A stretch of 64,000 nucleotides of DNA from Felis catus (Eukaryota): contig NC_058377.1 in assembly GCF_018350175.1 (NCBI RefSeq), positions 9,982,001-10,046,000 on the forward strand. Reading direction: 5' to 3'. Numbering within the stretch: position 1 is the stretch's first letter; each line of letters opens with the position of its first letter. The notes under the pieces were generated by a model that did no database searches, had not been told where the DNA came from, and was given only the letters and a program-made list of their open reading frames with translations. Shown one piece after another: positions 36,328 through 49,711 of the stretch. Made by a program: the position numbers and the translations under genes.

Positions 36328-37549
36328 TAAGATCACTTGTGGCTGGAACCAGCTGGAACCAAGCTGGAGCTTGGGTTTACTTTCCTGGAGCACATGGCAA
36401 GGAAGTATATGGTGGATACCTAAACCAACTGGGGAGCTGTTGGCAAGACTGAAGGTGGTATATAGGTTGGTCAGACCCCCAAGAGTATCTGCAACACAGC
36501 CACAAAAATTAGCTGGCTAGACCATGGCATTTCCGATTATTAGGAAGTTGTTTTTCAGGAGGGAACATTTTGAACCTGTATTGATGTGCAATTTATATCG
36601 TCCTAGCTCCACACCCCTGCATCATGAAAAATGTCGGCAACTGTTTTGCGTAGAATATTTTTAAAGTGTGGCCAACCTCCAATCTGTAGGTGTTGTGGAG
36701 GCAGGAATCTCACTTCACCTCATGGTCAGTCGTTGTGGGAGGTCAGAAATTAGGTAGATGCTGCTACAGTAAAATAGGAGTTGTCTGCAAACATTTATCC
36801 CAGATAACCCACACCAGGGCTATTTTTCATTAATTGAGTCAGAAGTTTTGTCTGGAACCACAAGTGGAATGGGGGTGTTTTTGTAAACTGTCTTTGTTTA
36901 AGCTAAATAATAGAATCCCTTACTGATCAATGATTAATTGTAATTCTAAAACAATTTTTTATGGTGGGTGGCGGTCATTGAATTGGTTCTCAAAGGAAAA
37001 TTTATTGCCAAATAATTTAGGGATTACGACTGAAAGGCTTGTTTGGTGATAGTCGCCCAAGTAAGTCCTGGTTGTTGCTCTTGTGAATCAGCTGAAGGCA
37101 GCAGGAAAATGTCACTATTGGGGGCACTACCTCCTGCCTGGCAACATGATGAATTGCAGACTCACTAAGGCCTTTCATGCCTTGTTATCCAGAGTTTGTT
37201 CAGATTTATTGTTGGAAATGAGGGCTGAAATCAAGGAAGGAGACAGAGGAACTGATATTCCTTGAACTCTGCCAAGGGTTTTACCTGTTTTCTCCTTAAT
37301 TTACTCCTCACAACAGTCTACAAATCAGTGCCACATGTTACAAATGTAATACCTAAGGGCTAGAAAGGTTAAGCGACTTGTGAAATTTACACTCTTAGTA
37401 AGTAATGGAGACAGCCATTCTGACTCTAATATCCCCAGAAGCCCCTAAATCATAATGCGGTGACTAAATGGATCTGCTGTATTTCCACATTAATTTTTTA
37501 AAACACAGAATATTCAAACACAAGACAGTTATCTGTTGCTGAATAGTAT

Positions 37550-37555
37550 TTTATT
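37550..37555 (-). terminator. CRYAB polyadenylation signal
   Basis: AATAAA on the minus strand about 120 nt after the stop. Confidence 0.8.
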
Positions 37556-37672
37556 AGCTTAATAATTTGGGCCTGCCCTTAGCATTAATAAGCTTCAGCA
37601 CTAATCACAAGATTTTCATTCATTGGTGGGGACATTTTCTTGTTTTAAAAAATGCAGTCAGAGAAAGGGCAT

Positions 37673-37876
<204 letters not shown>

Positions 37877-38758
37877 CTAATCCAAGAGAGGAAATGAGGA
37901 AAAAGAGAGGTAAGAACAGGAAGTAGCACCAATTGCTGAGAACTCAGACATCCTTCTTCCCTTAGGTGTGACCATACGCCTTTGCAACAAGAAAGGAAAA
38001 CTTAACAGCTGTTCTGGTTGGGGCTGAGATAAAGTTGCCTAGGTGGTCACTCCTACCAAGGAGAGTCTGAGAAGTCAAATAGCAAAACCTTGAAGGCTCT
38101 CCAAATTGAGGCATGGATATTTTTATGGGTATTTCCGAAAGGTTTAGATCAATGTTTGTTGGGCCTACAGGATCTAGAATATCGTCCATCATTGAAGATC
38201 TGAGTCCCTAAGGAAGCCCCAAAATTGTCCTGACTCTTCAGGAATGTCCCAGAATGTTCCAGACCAATAGGACTGCTGCTAAAAACAACAACAAGAGCAA
38301 CAAAACTTCATCCAGGGAGACTATGACCCAAAGTTAAATCCCATAAGCAAAACTGAAACAGCCTGAGGACCTCAAACCTTACTGTCTGATGCACAAGTAT
38401 CGGAGTTGTCAACAATTGGTCAGCAGCTGCCACATTTAAAAACCCTCCCAGAAATTAATGAGAATCTGTTCCATATTCTAGGATTCTGCTAAACACTAGC
38501 TGATTCTAATCTTTATACCAGCATGTAGGCAGACAGGCTCTCAATTAAGTGATTTCCACATGGGCTGCAAGGGTTTTAGCTGCTGAGTGTAGCTCTGAAA
38601 CTTAGGCAAAACAAGTTGTTGAGCATTTAGATGGGCTAAAGATGAGAGGATTCAGGAGCATATGAAAACAACATCCCAAAGTCAAGGGTCTTCAGGGTAC
38701 CTGCAATTCATATAGTGACGTAAAGCAACCACATGTCCAACAAATGCTATTCCTAAAT

Positions 38759-38925
38759 CAGTGGTCCTCAACTTCGAATGTACGTTAGAATTACCTAGGG
38801 AGCTTCCCCCCACCTTGCCCCTTTAAAAAATGTTGATGGCTGGTGCCCACCCCTAAAAATTTTGGTCTATAATATGCCTAAACACTGGAACTTCTTCATT
38901 CCCCTAGTGATTCTAAGGTGGCCAA
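38759..38925 (+). mobile_element. MER5-like hAT fragment in CRYAB intron 2
   Basis: cagtggtcctcaactt...ttagaattacctagggagctt...gtgattct. Confidence 0.55.
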
Positions 38926-38931
38926 AAACTA

Positions 38932-39276
<345 letters not shown>

Positions 39277-40122
39277 CTAGAAATGGCAAGGGGGAGAAAA
39301 GAGGGTAGGAATGTGGATCACACTAGTACAGTCTCATCATTCTGCAGACTTTATCCTCCTTTTTTTTTTTTTTTTTTTGACTAAAAACATCCCATTTTGA
39401 ATAAACATGGCTCTCTGGTTCAGGGGAGTCACCACAGTGGTACCCAAGGCATAGCACATGGGCATCAGATCCTAACTTTATTTACAGGGACAGGAAAGAA
39501 GACAGGCCACCCAGGCCAATCAAAAGGATGGGTCTGGGCAAGGTTTCTGCTGCCTCTCTGACCCTGATGCCCGGCCTTGTCATTTGTCCATGAGACAAAG
39601 GCCCCTTCTTCTTGCTCAGACCTCTGCCAAGTTTCCCACCCACTCAATCTGGAATGTTCTCCTAGCCCTGATTGTCCTTCCAAAGCCCTTGCTCACTCAG
39701 CTCCTGTTTACTCATACTTGAATATTTTTAAACCAGTGTATTATCTGTGACAGCTCTGTTAATCTTATCTGTTCACCCCATTCTCCCACCTTCTTAGGAC
39801 AAGTGAGGAGGGGCCCCAAGAATTGGCCTATATTCTTTTCTCCTTAGGTATGGGCCCAGGTCAGTGCCCTGTCACAGCCCTGAGAAACCTGGGAAATCAC
39901 AGACAAAGGAATTGAAAGGAAGAAAATAGTGGTTGCTGTCTCCAGCTCCATGCAGTGGAGATGAAAAACTCAGCATGAGGCAGGACTGTTTTCCTGATCT
40001 GAAACTTGAAGTAATAAAATTTATCAGGAGTATGAGGGATTAGAAGAGGTGAGCAAAGGAGTCTGAAGGCAGATCTTTCCCTGGATCTTTATGAATCAAA
40101 CCAGAAAGGGGCATCCTACTTA

Positions 40123-40479
<357 letters not shown>

Positions 40480-40646
40480 NNNNNNNNNNNNNNNNNNNNN
40501 NNNNNNNNNNNNNNNNNNNNNNNNNNNNNNNNNNNNNNNNNNNNNNNNNNNNNNNNNNNNNNNNNNNNNNNNNNNNNNNNNNNNNNNNNNNNNNNNNNNN
40601 NNNNNNNNNNNNNNNNNNNNNNNNNNNNNNNNNNNCAGCCAGCCCC

Positions 40647-40653
40647 TTATATA
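40647..40653 (-). promoter_or_regulatory. CRYAB TATA box
   Basis: TATATAAGGGGCTGGCTG on the minus strand just upstream of exon 1. Confidence 0.85.
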
Positions 40654-40663
40654 CGCAGTCTTG

Positions 40664-40678
40664 TGAAGCTTCTGGAAT
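40664..40678. promoter_or_regulatory. Trimeric heat-shock element of the CRYAB proximal promoter
   Basis: tGAAgcTTCtgGAAt = three alternating nGAAn units, 10 nt from the TATA box. Confidence 0.85.
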
Positions 40679-40894
40679 GGTGATGTCAGGAGTTTTATTA
40701 TCCCAGCTCACCGCCCGTTCATGGAGACTTGTGATCGGGGATTTGGCAGTGTGACACATACCCAGTACTCACTGAGCTAAGAAAAGAGAAATACAAACAC
40801 GTCTGAGCTGGCCAGTGACTTGTGCTGGTCTTGTTTCACTAGCTTTCCGTCCACGCCCAATGCCCCCCCCCCCTTTCTCTGGAGTTGGGTTGAA

Positions 40895-41035
40895 GTCAGG
40901 AATCCTAAGCAGGAGGGTGCTGTGCCCCTCCTCCTCCTCTGCAGCCTAGCATGCCAGGGGAATGGGGCCAGCGACTATCTTGGGCCTGGGCAGGAACTGG
41001 AATCTTCCTAGGCTGGGCCCCAGGGACATTAACTC
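40895..41035 (-). promoter_or_regulatory. CRYAB/HSPB2 intergenic enhancer (alphaBE elements)
   Basis: Minus-strand order AATGTCCCTG, GGAAGATTCC (40999-41008), AGATAG (40975-40980), ATTCCCCTGG, GA-rich GAGGAGGAGGGG matches the recalled rodent alphaB enhancer. Confidence 0.7.
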
Positions 41036-41640
41036 TTTGTGGGTCCCTAGAGGAGAGCAGTGATCACCAACAAGTCAGTGCCAGCCATCTGTGTGGTGCC
41101 CGGGGTCTACCCGGGTTCAGGAAAGGACTCTGACATTGATCTGGGCAGGGGGACCCTTCCCTCCACCCCAAAGAAAAGGTGGAAAAGTTTCTTGCATCTC
41201 TCACCTTCCATAGCACACAGAACATTTAAACCAGGAGAGCTTTATGAAGAAGGGTGCAAGGTGCCCGGGAAGGAGGAGGAGAGGAGGCAATGTGGAAAAT
41301 GTACAAACTGAGGGTTTCAGCGAGGCCTCTCCAGGGCCTCCCACACCAGCCTCCCCATCCCCAGCTGGCTGCCCAGCCAGAACCCCCAGCTGTCCCTTCG
41401 GGCAGCCTGTGACAGCTGAAGGGTGTGAGGCGGGGGGGAGAGCACGGGGGTCCAGGCGGGGCTGGTCGCACACTTGTCACTGGCGCTCAGGGCCCCGGTT
41501 CCCCGCCCCTCCCCCGCCCCAGGCTCGGCACTATTTTGGGTGGTGTAGACCCCGCCCCCACCCCCGACCGAGCCCCGGCTCTCCAGGCAGCTGGAGGGGT
41601 CGCTGCACCTCGGACCAGGGCCGCCGACGCCTCTGCAGCC

Positions 41641-41734
41641 ATGTCAGGCCGCTCGGTGCCACATGCCCACCCGGCCACCACCGAGTACGAATTCGCCAAC
41701 CCCAGCCGTCTGGGCGAGCAGCGCTTCGGAGAAG
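41641..41734 (+). CDS. HSPB2: HSPB2 coding exon 1
   Basis: gccATG; MSGRSVPHAHPATTEYEFANPSRLGEQRFGE; donor G|GTATGG. Confidence 0.97.
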
Positions 41735-42246
41735 GTATGGCACAGACGCCACCCCCCTTGCTTCCCACCCCCACCTCCTGAAATTCTGGGCTGACCTCCC
41801 AATGGTACTGGCCTCCACCCCACTGCAGGCTTAACTGAACTCCTGGGGCGAGCCATCTCCCACCCCAAACTCCCCCTCCGTCCCCAGCCCAGCAGGGCTC
41901 GGTCCCCTTCCTACTGACCTCGGGGCAGACGCGGTGCCCGCAAGGCTCCCACGCCTGTCCCTGACCCGCTCGCTGTGCCTTCTGGTTCCCCTTCTGTCCA
42001 CCCAGCCCCCTTTTGGTTTGCCCTCCTCCACCCCCCAGTCTCCTTCCCCATCTCAGTCCCCTCTTTCCAGTTGCCTCCTTCCAGTTGCTAATTCGCACCC
42101 CCACCCCCACCCCGGCCTCATTTTCCTACTTCTCCTGACTCCTCTCCTGCTTTCCCTGCTCCTCATCTCCTGATCTCCCCATTTCACCCTTGTTCCCACC
42201 CCATTCTCCCTCATCCTGCCTCTTGCCTTCTTTCTCTGCCCCTCAG

Positions 42247-42701
42247 GCCTCCTGCCAGAAGAGATCCTGACCCCCACCCTCTACCACGGCTACTATGTGC
42301 GGCCCCGGGCCACCGCAGCTGGGGAGGGCAGCAGGGCAGGGGCCTCGGAGCTCAGGCTCAGTGAGGGTAAATTTCAGGCATTTCTGGATGTGAGCCACTT
42401 CACCCCAGATGAGGTGACTGTAAGGACTGTGGACAACCTGCTGGAGGTGTCTGCCAGGCACCCCCAGCGCCTGGACCGCCACGGCTTCGTGTCCCGAGAG
42501 TTCTGCCGCACCTATGTCCTGCCTGCTGACGTGGACCCCTGGCGGGTCCGCGCAGCTCTCTCCCACGATGGCATCCTTAACCTGGAGGCACCTCGGGGTG
42601 GCCGCCATTTGGACACGGAGGTCAACGAGGTCTACATCTCCCTGCTCCCTGCGCCTCCAGATCCAGAGGAAGAGGAGGAGGCAGGCAGAGTGGAGCCCTG
42701 A
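42247..42701 (+). CDS. HSPB2: HSPB2 coding exon 2 (alpha-crystallin domain); total 182 aa
   Basis: cctcag|GC; LLPEEILTPTLYHGYYVRPR...FQAFLDVSHFTPDEVTVRTVDNLLEVSARHPQRLDRHGFVSREFCRTYVLP...GRVEP*. Confidence 0.97.
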
Positions 42702-42878
42702 GTGCCCTGGAGCCAGCACCCAGCGAGCCCCTTTCCACCTCCCGCCGTGATAGGAGCAGCTGCCCACCGCCCCAGAGGTAGCAGCATCCTTGGGGGAAGG
42801 GAAAAGTGCATGGCCCACAATGTATGGTTTGGTCCCTTGAGACATGTCAAAGTGTTTGTTTAGTCCTGGGTGGAGCTG

Positions 42879-42884
42879 AATAAA
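42879..42884 (+). terminator. HSPB2 polyadenylation signal
   Basis: AATAAA about 180 nt after the stop, followed by a GT/T-rich element. Confidence 0.8.
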
Positions 42885-44254
42885 CCCCAATCTCAGGGCC
42901 TTGTCTGTGCTTCTCCCTATTCTGTGGCCTGGACGATGGGATGGGCAGGGAGGGAGGAGGTCATAGCCAGCTAGACAAAAAGCTCCTCAGTTAGATGTAC
43001 CCAACGTCACAGCACCCTGAGCTCACACTTGGATGCTGAGATCATACNNNNNNNNNNNNNNNNNNNNNNNNNNNNNNNNNNNNNNNNNNNNNNNNNNNNN
43101 NNNNNNNNNNNNNNNNNNNNNNNNNNNNNNNNNNNNNNNNNNNNNNNNNNNNNNNNNNNNNNNNNNNNNNNNNNNNNNNNNNNNNNNNNNNNNNNNNNNN
43201 NNNNNNNNNNNNNNNNNNNCCTGTGTTGGGTAGGGGTTGGGGAAATCGTTTGAGGCTGGGCAGCGTTGCCTAAAGCCCTGTTTTCCTGTAGTAAGGTCTG
43301 TCTGCTGAAAATGGTGTCTAATTCTGAGCGATGGAGTATGCCTATGCAGGGCACAGACACAGGAGCCTCTGCCACTCTCACCAAACCACAAAGTCTCTCC
43401 AACCTCCGCACAGGGGACACCTTTTGTTTCTAGTCTTGGAACATCCTAAAGAGAGGAATCACTGCATCACCCACCCAATCCGAGTCTAAATACAGGGGGT
43501 CTAGGATTACTTGTGTGGTGGTGATGGCCAGAGAACCTTCCTTTGGACGCAGAGTCTTAATATGAGGGATATGCTGTGTTCAGGAAAGCATGCGTGCCTG
43601 ACTTCTCAATTCCTCCTTGTAGTTCATTGCATGTGTATGATTTGAGGAGTGTCCAGACGAGCTCCCCTGCCCCCAAAAATATATGTTTTACCAGATTGTG
43701 GTGGACACCTCAAATTCTTCCATTAAAGTGGTTGATTCTGAACTTTTTTAGGTTACAGACCCGGGTGAAAAATCTAGCAAAAGCAATAGATCCTGTTATC
43801 AGAAAAAATATACGTGCTCTCACATTTGCCCTACGATTTGAATAGGTTCACACAGCTCTTGAGATCCACTCATGTACCCCTTCGTAGGCATCTGTGAATT
43901 CCCAAGATAAGAACCCTCACTCAAAGAATTCAATTCTTGGTTAAAAGATTACCATCTATTAAAAATGAAAGCATGCATCAGAGAAAAAAACTATTGATAT
44001 ATTCTTTTGTTCATCCATTCATTCAACAAGTATTTATCAACCCCCCAGGATATATACTATGGAGGATGTACATTACAAACATAAAATTTAAAAACTATGC
44101 TCTTGTATTGTCTACTCTGGGGAAACTTACATCTAGTTGTGAAGAAAAGGAGATTAGAAAGGGTTCTAATTGGACTTCAGCCAAAATGACTTTACAATGA
44201 TCTATTCTGTAATTGTTATTTTTATGGGAGCTTTATTTAAAAGAAAGGCTTCCT

Positions 44255-44490
44255 GGGACACCCGGGTGGCTCAGTTGGTTGAGCATCCAACTTCAGCTCA
44301 GGTCGTGATACCAAAGTTCATGAGTTCAAGCACTGCATTGGGCTCTGTGCTGACAGCTCAGAGGCTGGAGATTGCTTTAGATTCTGTGTCTCCCTCTCTC
44401 TCTCTGCCCCTCCCCGACTCATGCTCTGTTTCTCTCTCTCTCAAAAATAAATAAACATTTTAAAAAATTATCAAAAAAATAAAATAAAAG
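44255..44490 (+). mobile_element. Can-SINE
   Basis: Head, CT body, A tail. Confidence 0.9.
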
Positions 44491-44599
44491 AGAGGGTTCC
44501 TTAGCTAGAAAAAAAATTGAAATCTCTGATTCAGTCCAAATCCCCACACCATTCAAACTCTTTTATGACCATTAGTCAACTTCTTCCCGGACATTAAAA

Positions 44600-44799
44600 A
44601 AAATTTTTTTTATTCATTTTTGAGACAGAGCATGAGCAGGGCAGGGGCAGAGAGAAAGGGGGTCGGGGCAGAGGATCCTAAGCTGGCTCTGCACTGACAG
44701 CACAGAGTCCAAAGTGGGACTTGAACTCATGTACTGAGAGATTGTGAACTGAGCCGAAGCCAGTCACTTAACCAACTAACTGAGTCACCCAGGCACCCC
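44600..44799 (-). mobile_element. Can-SINE (inverted relative to its neighbour)
   Basis: Head at 44799. Confidence 0.87.
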
Positions 44800-45099
44800 T
44801 CTCTGGGCATTTTAAGTGATGGGGAACTTTGTAAGTTCTTTCTCACAGTTCTTCATCAGAACTCTTTGGACATAATTCTAATAAATTCTTCCTTCTATTG
44901 GCCCAGAATCTTCATTTCAGTAACTTCTGCTTATTGGTCTGGTTGTGTTCAGAAAATCAATGTAATCCTTCTTTCACTTGGAAGCCCCTTTTAGATATTT
45001 TAAAATAACTATCCCATCCTCTTAAAGTTTCTCTCTCCCAAGTAAACATGCCTAATTCTTTTAACTATATCTTACAAAACTTTTTTAGAAAGTTTATTT

Positions 45100-45231
45100 T
45101 TTAAAAAATGTTTGTTTGTTTGTTTGTTTGTTTGTTTGTTTAAACCATCTCTACACCTAACATGGGGCTCAAACTCACAACCCCGAGATCAAGAGTCACA
45201 TGCTCCTCTGATTGAGGCAGCCAGGTACCCC
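45100..45231 (-). mobile_element. Short Can-SINE with (GTTT)n tail
   Basis: ctctacacctaacatggggctcaaactcacaaccccgagatcaagag. Confidence 0.8.
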
Positions 45232-46883
45232 TAGAACTTTCCAAACTATTTATCACCTAGACAACTTTCTGTAGAACACATTGCCTTTTGACAGTGTAAC
45301 TTGGAATTCAACATGTGGATTAAAATTATTATTCTAGTCATGGACTGACTGATACAGACTTCAGTGGAATAATCAATTCCCTTGTTTATCACTGTAGACT
45401 TCTATTAATACTGCTTAAGGTAGATCAGGTTTTCTGGGTACCACAATACACTGTTGGTTCCTTTGGAGTTTCTGGTTATAAAATCTCTTTGATGTTTTCC
45501 TTAAAATTTTTCCTTTAAATTAGAGAGAGTGGCTGAAAAGGGACCAGGTTGTTGGAGGGCTTTGAGTGCCAGGCTAAGACGTTCAGATATCAGGATGAAA
45601 AGAATACTGTTGATGCTGGCGCATAGAAGGGCTTGCTAGGAAGAAGCATAGCCATGAAGTAAAATGCTAGTGCAATGATCCAGCACAAGATGATAAAGTG
45701 AGATGCTTTGCCATCTGACAATTAGCTGAGAAGAAGTGATAACAATAGGTAGGACTTACTGAAAGCTTCCCATGTACCAGGCTGTGGACTAGAACTTTGT
45801 ATACGTTACCTCACGTAATCTTCACCCAATCCTTTATAACTCTCACTCTCATTATGCCCATTTCTCACAAGGAAACAGGATGGGGAGGAAGGAAATGTCC
45901 AGTGTACGCTCTGTGGAGTGCAGAGCTGAGTGGTGGGTCCTGAACATCCACAAGGGGCATACAAATAACAGGGCATCTGGGCAGTGTGGGGGTGGGAGCC
46001 CTGAAGACAAGCCTTATGGGTTTCGCAAATTCCCCCAGAGCCCACATTTTCTATGGAGGAATTTGCTCGACTGTACCCTGCTCGCTGGTGAGTGCAGAAT
46101 GCTTCTAACTTTGGGTCATTGGAGGGAGAGTCTCAGTTGAGTTGGAAGCAGAGATTCTGTAGTTCTGTACTGAACATGAGGAAGTGAGTGGTCAAGATGT
46201 GCTGAGAGGCCATTCCAGTCATAGAACCATGTGATTTCTGACCAGAAAGGGGATTAGGTAATGAGTTTAGTCCTCCTCTCTTTCACCATCGTGGAAAAAA
46301 GTGATCTGCTCACATCAATTCCAAAAGCAAGGGAGGATATGAAAGGAACCCATTTCCCTAAATTAAAATTTCCTAGAGACTCCAGTATTCAAACCCAGAT
46401 TCTGGACAGGGATAATAAGAAATTGATACTGATTACCTTGAAAGTGAAACTCCACTAAACCTGAGTAGTGCCGGGAAACACAAGGTAAGACCCTTGACTC
46501 CATTGTAGAGAATGTATTTCAATGACAGTGTGATGTAGTAGAGAAACATTTACTAAGGAAACCCAGAGCCCTTTGCCATCTCAGGTTTCTTTTCACTGAA
46601 GCTTGACGCTCAAAGTTATGGCTTCTTCAAAGCAGCTCCAAATCCCGAAGGTGAGATAGCTCTCACCTGGAGCCCACGTGTGTTCCTCTACCACTTGGCT
46701 GGTAACAGTCACCTGGGAATCATTCCAGCAGGTGGCTTCCAAAGTCCAACCTGCTAGGTTGAAATCTGACACTGATAGAGACTCCCCGGGAGCTCTTACT
46801 GAAAGCTAAACCAGGAACCAGGAAATGCACAAGCCTCTTTATGTAGAAAAACAGCTGGGCTCCCTCCGAGGCAACAGAGCACC

Positions 46884-46915
46884 ATGGGAAACCGGCTTTG
46901 CTGCGGGGGACACTG
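46884..46915 (+). CDS. C11orf52: C11orf52 coding exon 1
   Basis: accATGG; MGNRLCCGGH(W); donor TG|GTGAGT. Confidence 0.9.
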
Positions 46916-47229
46916 GTGAGTAGGGGCAGGGGGTGGAGGGTAACATCTCTGTTCGTGGACACGCAGGCCAAGAGAATAAGAGAAAGAGTGCAGCTAGTTC
47001 TCTACCAACCTCCCGCAGCCACCTCCCTCTGCCTGGCACACCTCCCGGGTGCCAACACCAGAGCATTACCTCTTTCTGTGCTCACGTCTTTCAGAGAACA
47101 CAGCCAAGCCTGCTGACGGTAGAATGGGCCAGAGCAGGATGGGAATGGTGAATTGGCACGGTTTCTCTCTGTCCTTCTCTTCCTCTCCTTTCCTTTCTCT
47201 TCCTTCCCTTCTTCCCCAGATGATGATGA

Positions 47230-47470
47230 TAATTAATTATAGCATTGGCGAGCTTGCTATGTTCCAGGCACTTTTCGAACAATCTCGTTTACTCTTCCCC
47301 ACAATGCTATGAGGGGAGGTGGCCTTACTCCTCCTGTTTTTACAGCTGAGAAGCTGAGGTTCAGAGAAGTTGACTTGTCCCAAGTCACATGGCTAGTGAG
47401 CAAATAAATCAACATTCCAATCCAGGTCTGTCTGACTTCAGAGCCCAGACTTTTAACCACTACATAATTC
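47230..47470 (-). mobile_element. MIR
   Basis: MIR core ttttacagctgagaagctgaggttcagagaagttgacttgtcccaagtcaca. Confidence 0.8.
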
Positions 47471-48570
47471 TGCCCTCTCAAATCAAGGAAATCAACTTTG
47501 GAGAAATGTTTGTTTAAAGGGGTAGAAGTGGAGAGAAGGAGAATATCCATGAAATATTTGAATATAGCTTTCACACTTGTGTGACTTTCGGCAAATCCTG
47601 TAACTTCTCTTTTTCCTCATGTGTACAATATAGATAGCATGACCTATGTTGTTTAGATCATAGGTTTGAAGAGCAGAGGATATGTGAAAGCCTCACAGTA
47701 AATTATTCATAGTGTTTTTACTGTTCTTTCCCAGAGTTGTAACCACTCCAAACTCCCAGACCTGGTTTTATCCTGTTCACTGTTTTCTTAGCTATACATT
47801 CCAAACCTGGGTCAGTCTTGAGGATGTCTTGCTTGTGAAAAAAAAAATCATCATTATATTTAGAAAAATAGATAAGGCACATTGAAAAGCACATATGATT
47901 TGGAATCTGTACATTGGATTCAAGTCCAGTTCTTATTACTCATTCATTTATCAAACAAATATTGTATTGAATACCTATATATACCACGTATAATGACAGA
48001 TGCAGAGGACGTAGCAATGATAGGAAATTTGGCCCCTCCCTCCTTGAGTAAGATACCAAAGTTCTAGGGCCTTAGTTGACCTCTCTGTAAGACGGAAACA
48101 ATGATAAGTTTCCTAGAATTTTATCAGGATTGGGAGGAAAAAATTCACTTTTTAAACTCTCAGATATCCCGTAGACACAGGACATTTAGGAACATATAAG
48201 ATTTTCTACAGAAAAGAGTGTAACAACTTCTTTCACTTCCTTTGTTCCAAGTTTTCATATTCTTCATTTTTGGTTAATTTTTCCTCTGATGGTGGTAATC
48301 ATAGCAATCAGCTTTCACTGATGCTCATTATATGTCAGGCACTTAGCTGAGTATTTTACATTAATTATTTTATGTAATTCTTATGACAATCCATGGGGTT
48401 TAGGTTCTGTTATTATCCTTATTAATAAGAAAATGAAAGCCTGATTAAGCTAAAAACTTGCTGAAATTCACACAGCTAATCTGATAACATCAGTCTGGCG
48501 CTAGAGCCTGGCTAGAAACACTACCCCCCCCCCCCGATATTCTGACCAAAGTATACTTTTTTTCTCTTAA

Positions 48571-48623
48571 AATATTAGTAGATATTTTAAGTAGATCAAT
48601 ATTAGTAGATATTTTAAGTAGAT
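48571..48623. repeat. 27-bp-period tandem duplication AATATTAGTAGATATTTTAAGTAGAT x2
   Basis: Copies at 48571-48596 and 48598-48623. Confidence 0.9.
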
Positions 48624-49499
48624 AAATGTTGTTTCCCTCTGTTTCTCATTATCTCAATAAACTTACAGAGACTGATAGTATGACAACTAAAAAGATTTTT
48701 ATTTTAAATTTATCATTATTGTTATTATTTTCTGATTACAAAAGTAATACATTCACCACAGAAAATTGGGAAAGTATGAAAGAGCAGGAAATAAGTAACC
48801 ATAAATATACTAAATATATTTATGGCAATCATAAATGACAGAAACATTTTAGTATNNNNNNNNNNNNNNNNNNNNNNNNNNNNNNNNNNNNNNNNNNNNN
48901 NNNNNNNNNNNNNNNNNNNNNNNNNNNNNNNNNNNNNNNNNNNNNNNNNNNNNNNNNNNNNNNNNNNNNNNNNNNNNNNNNNNNNNNNNNNNNNNNNNNN
49001 ATTTATTCATGCCACAAAGGAAACCACACGTCCACAAGTGTGCAGCAATGCTCCATGTTCCCATCTAACAGTTTGCTGAGATTTACAGCCAGACTGAAGC
49101 TCCACCTGACGTGTACTCTAAGTAAAGTGGGTTAATGATAACCATGAGCAGGTGCAGGACTGGAAGCTTTCAAAGCTTTACTTCTTTTACCCTGGTCTTA
49201 TAAACGATGAAGCCTATGCACCCCATTCCTACCCAAATATCCTGGTAAAATTGGGTATAGTAGGGCTTTGTGGGGACCCAAACATTTTTAACAAGAGTTG
49301 GAAACATCTGGGCACAGGACCCCCTCCGGCTCCCGCTCAGCCCACCCCAACTTACACAGTGACTCAGAAAGATCACCTCCATGCAATCCTTCTGAAATGT
49401 TTATGTGCATAGGTTTAATCCCAAAACATTATCTTTTTACTAACTTGACAAAGATTAAGATTTTCCATGCTATTGGGTGTTCTTCCAACATCTTTCTTT

Positions 49500-49580
49500 C
49501 TTTTTTTTTTTTTCAAATTTTTAAGAAAGAGGGAGACAGTGTGAGCAGGAGGGTGGGGGATGCAGAGAGAGAGACAGACA

Positions 49581-49623
<43 letters not shown>

Positions 49624-49711
49624 TCCCAATGAGGGGCTTAAACCCCCAAACCACAAGATCACAACCTGAGCCATAGTCAGACACTTAACCAACTGAGTCA
49701 CCCAGGCGCCC
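49500..49711 (-). mobile_element. Can-SINE containing (CA)n
   Basis: TSD ACATCTTTCTT. Confidence 0.87.

Noticed and set aside
41425-41640. In-frame N-terminal extension of HSPB2
   Set aside because: Starts at GTG within promoter sequence; no evidence it is transcribed from that far upstream
41244-42890. 196, 207 and 215 aa ORFs around HSPB2
   Set aside because: GC-rich promoter frames and the antisense shadow of HSPB2 exon 2; no recognisable protein
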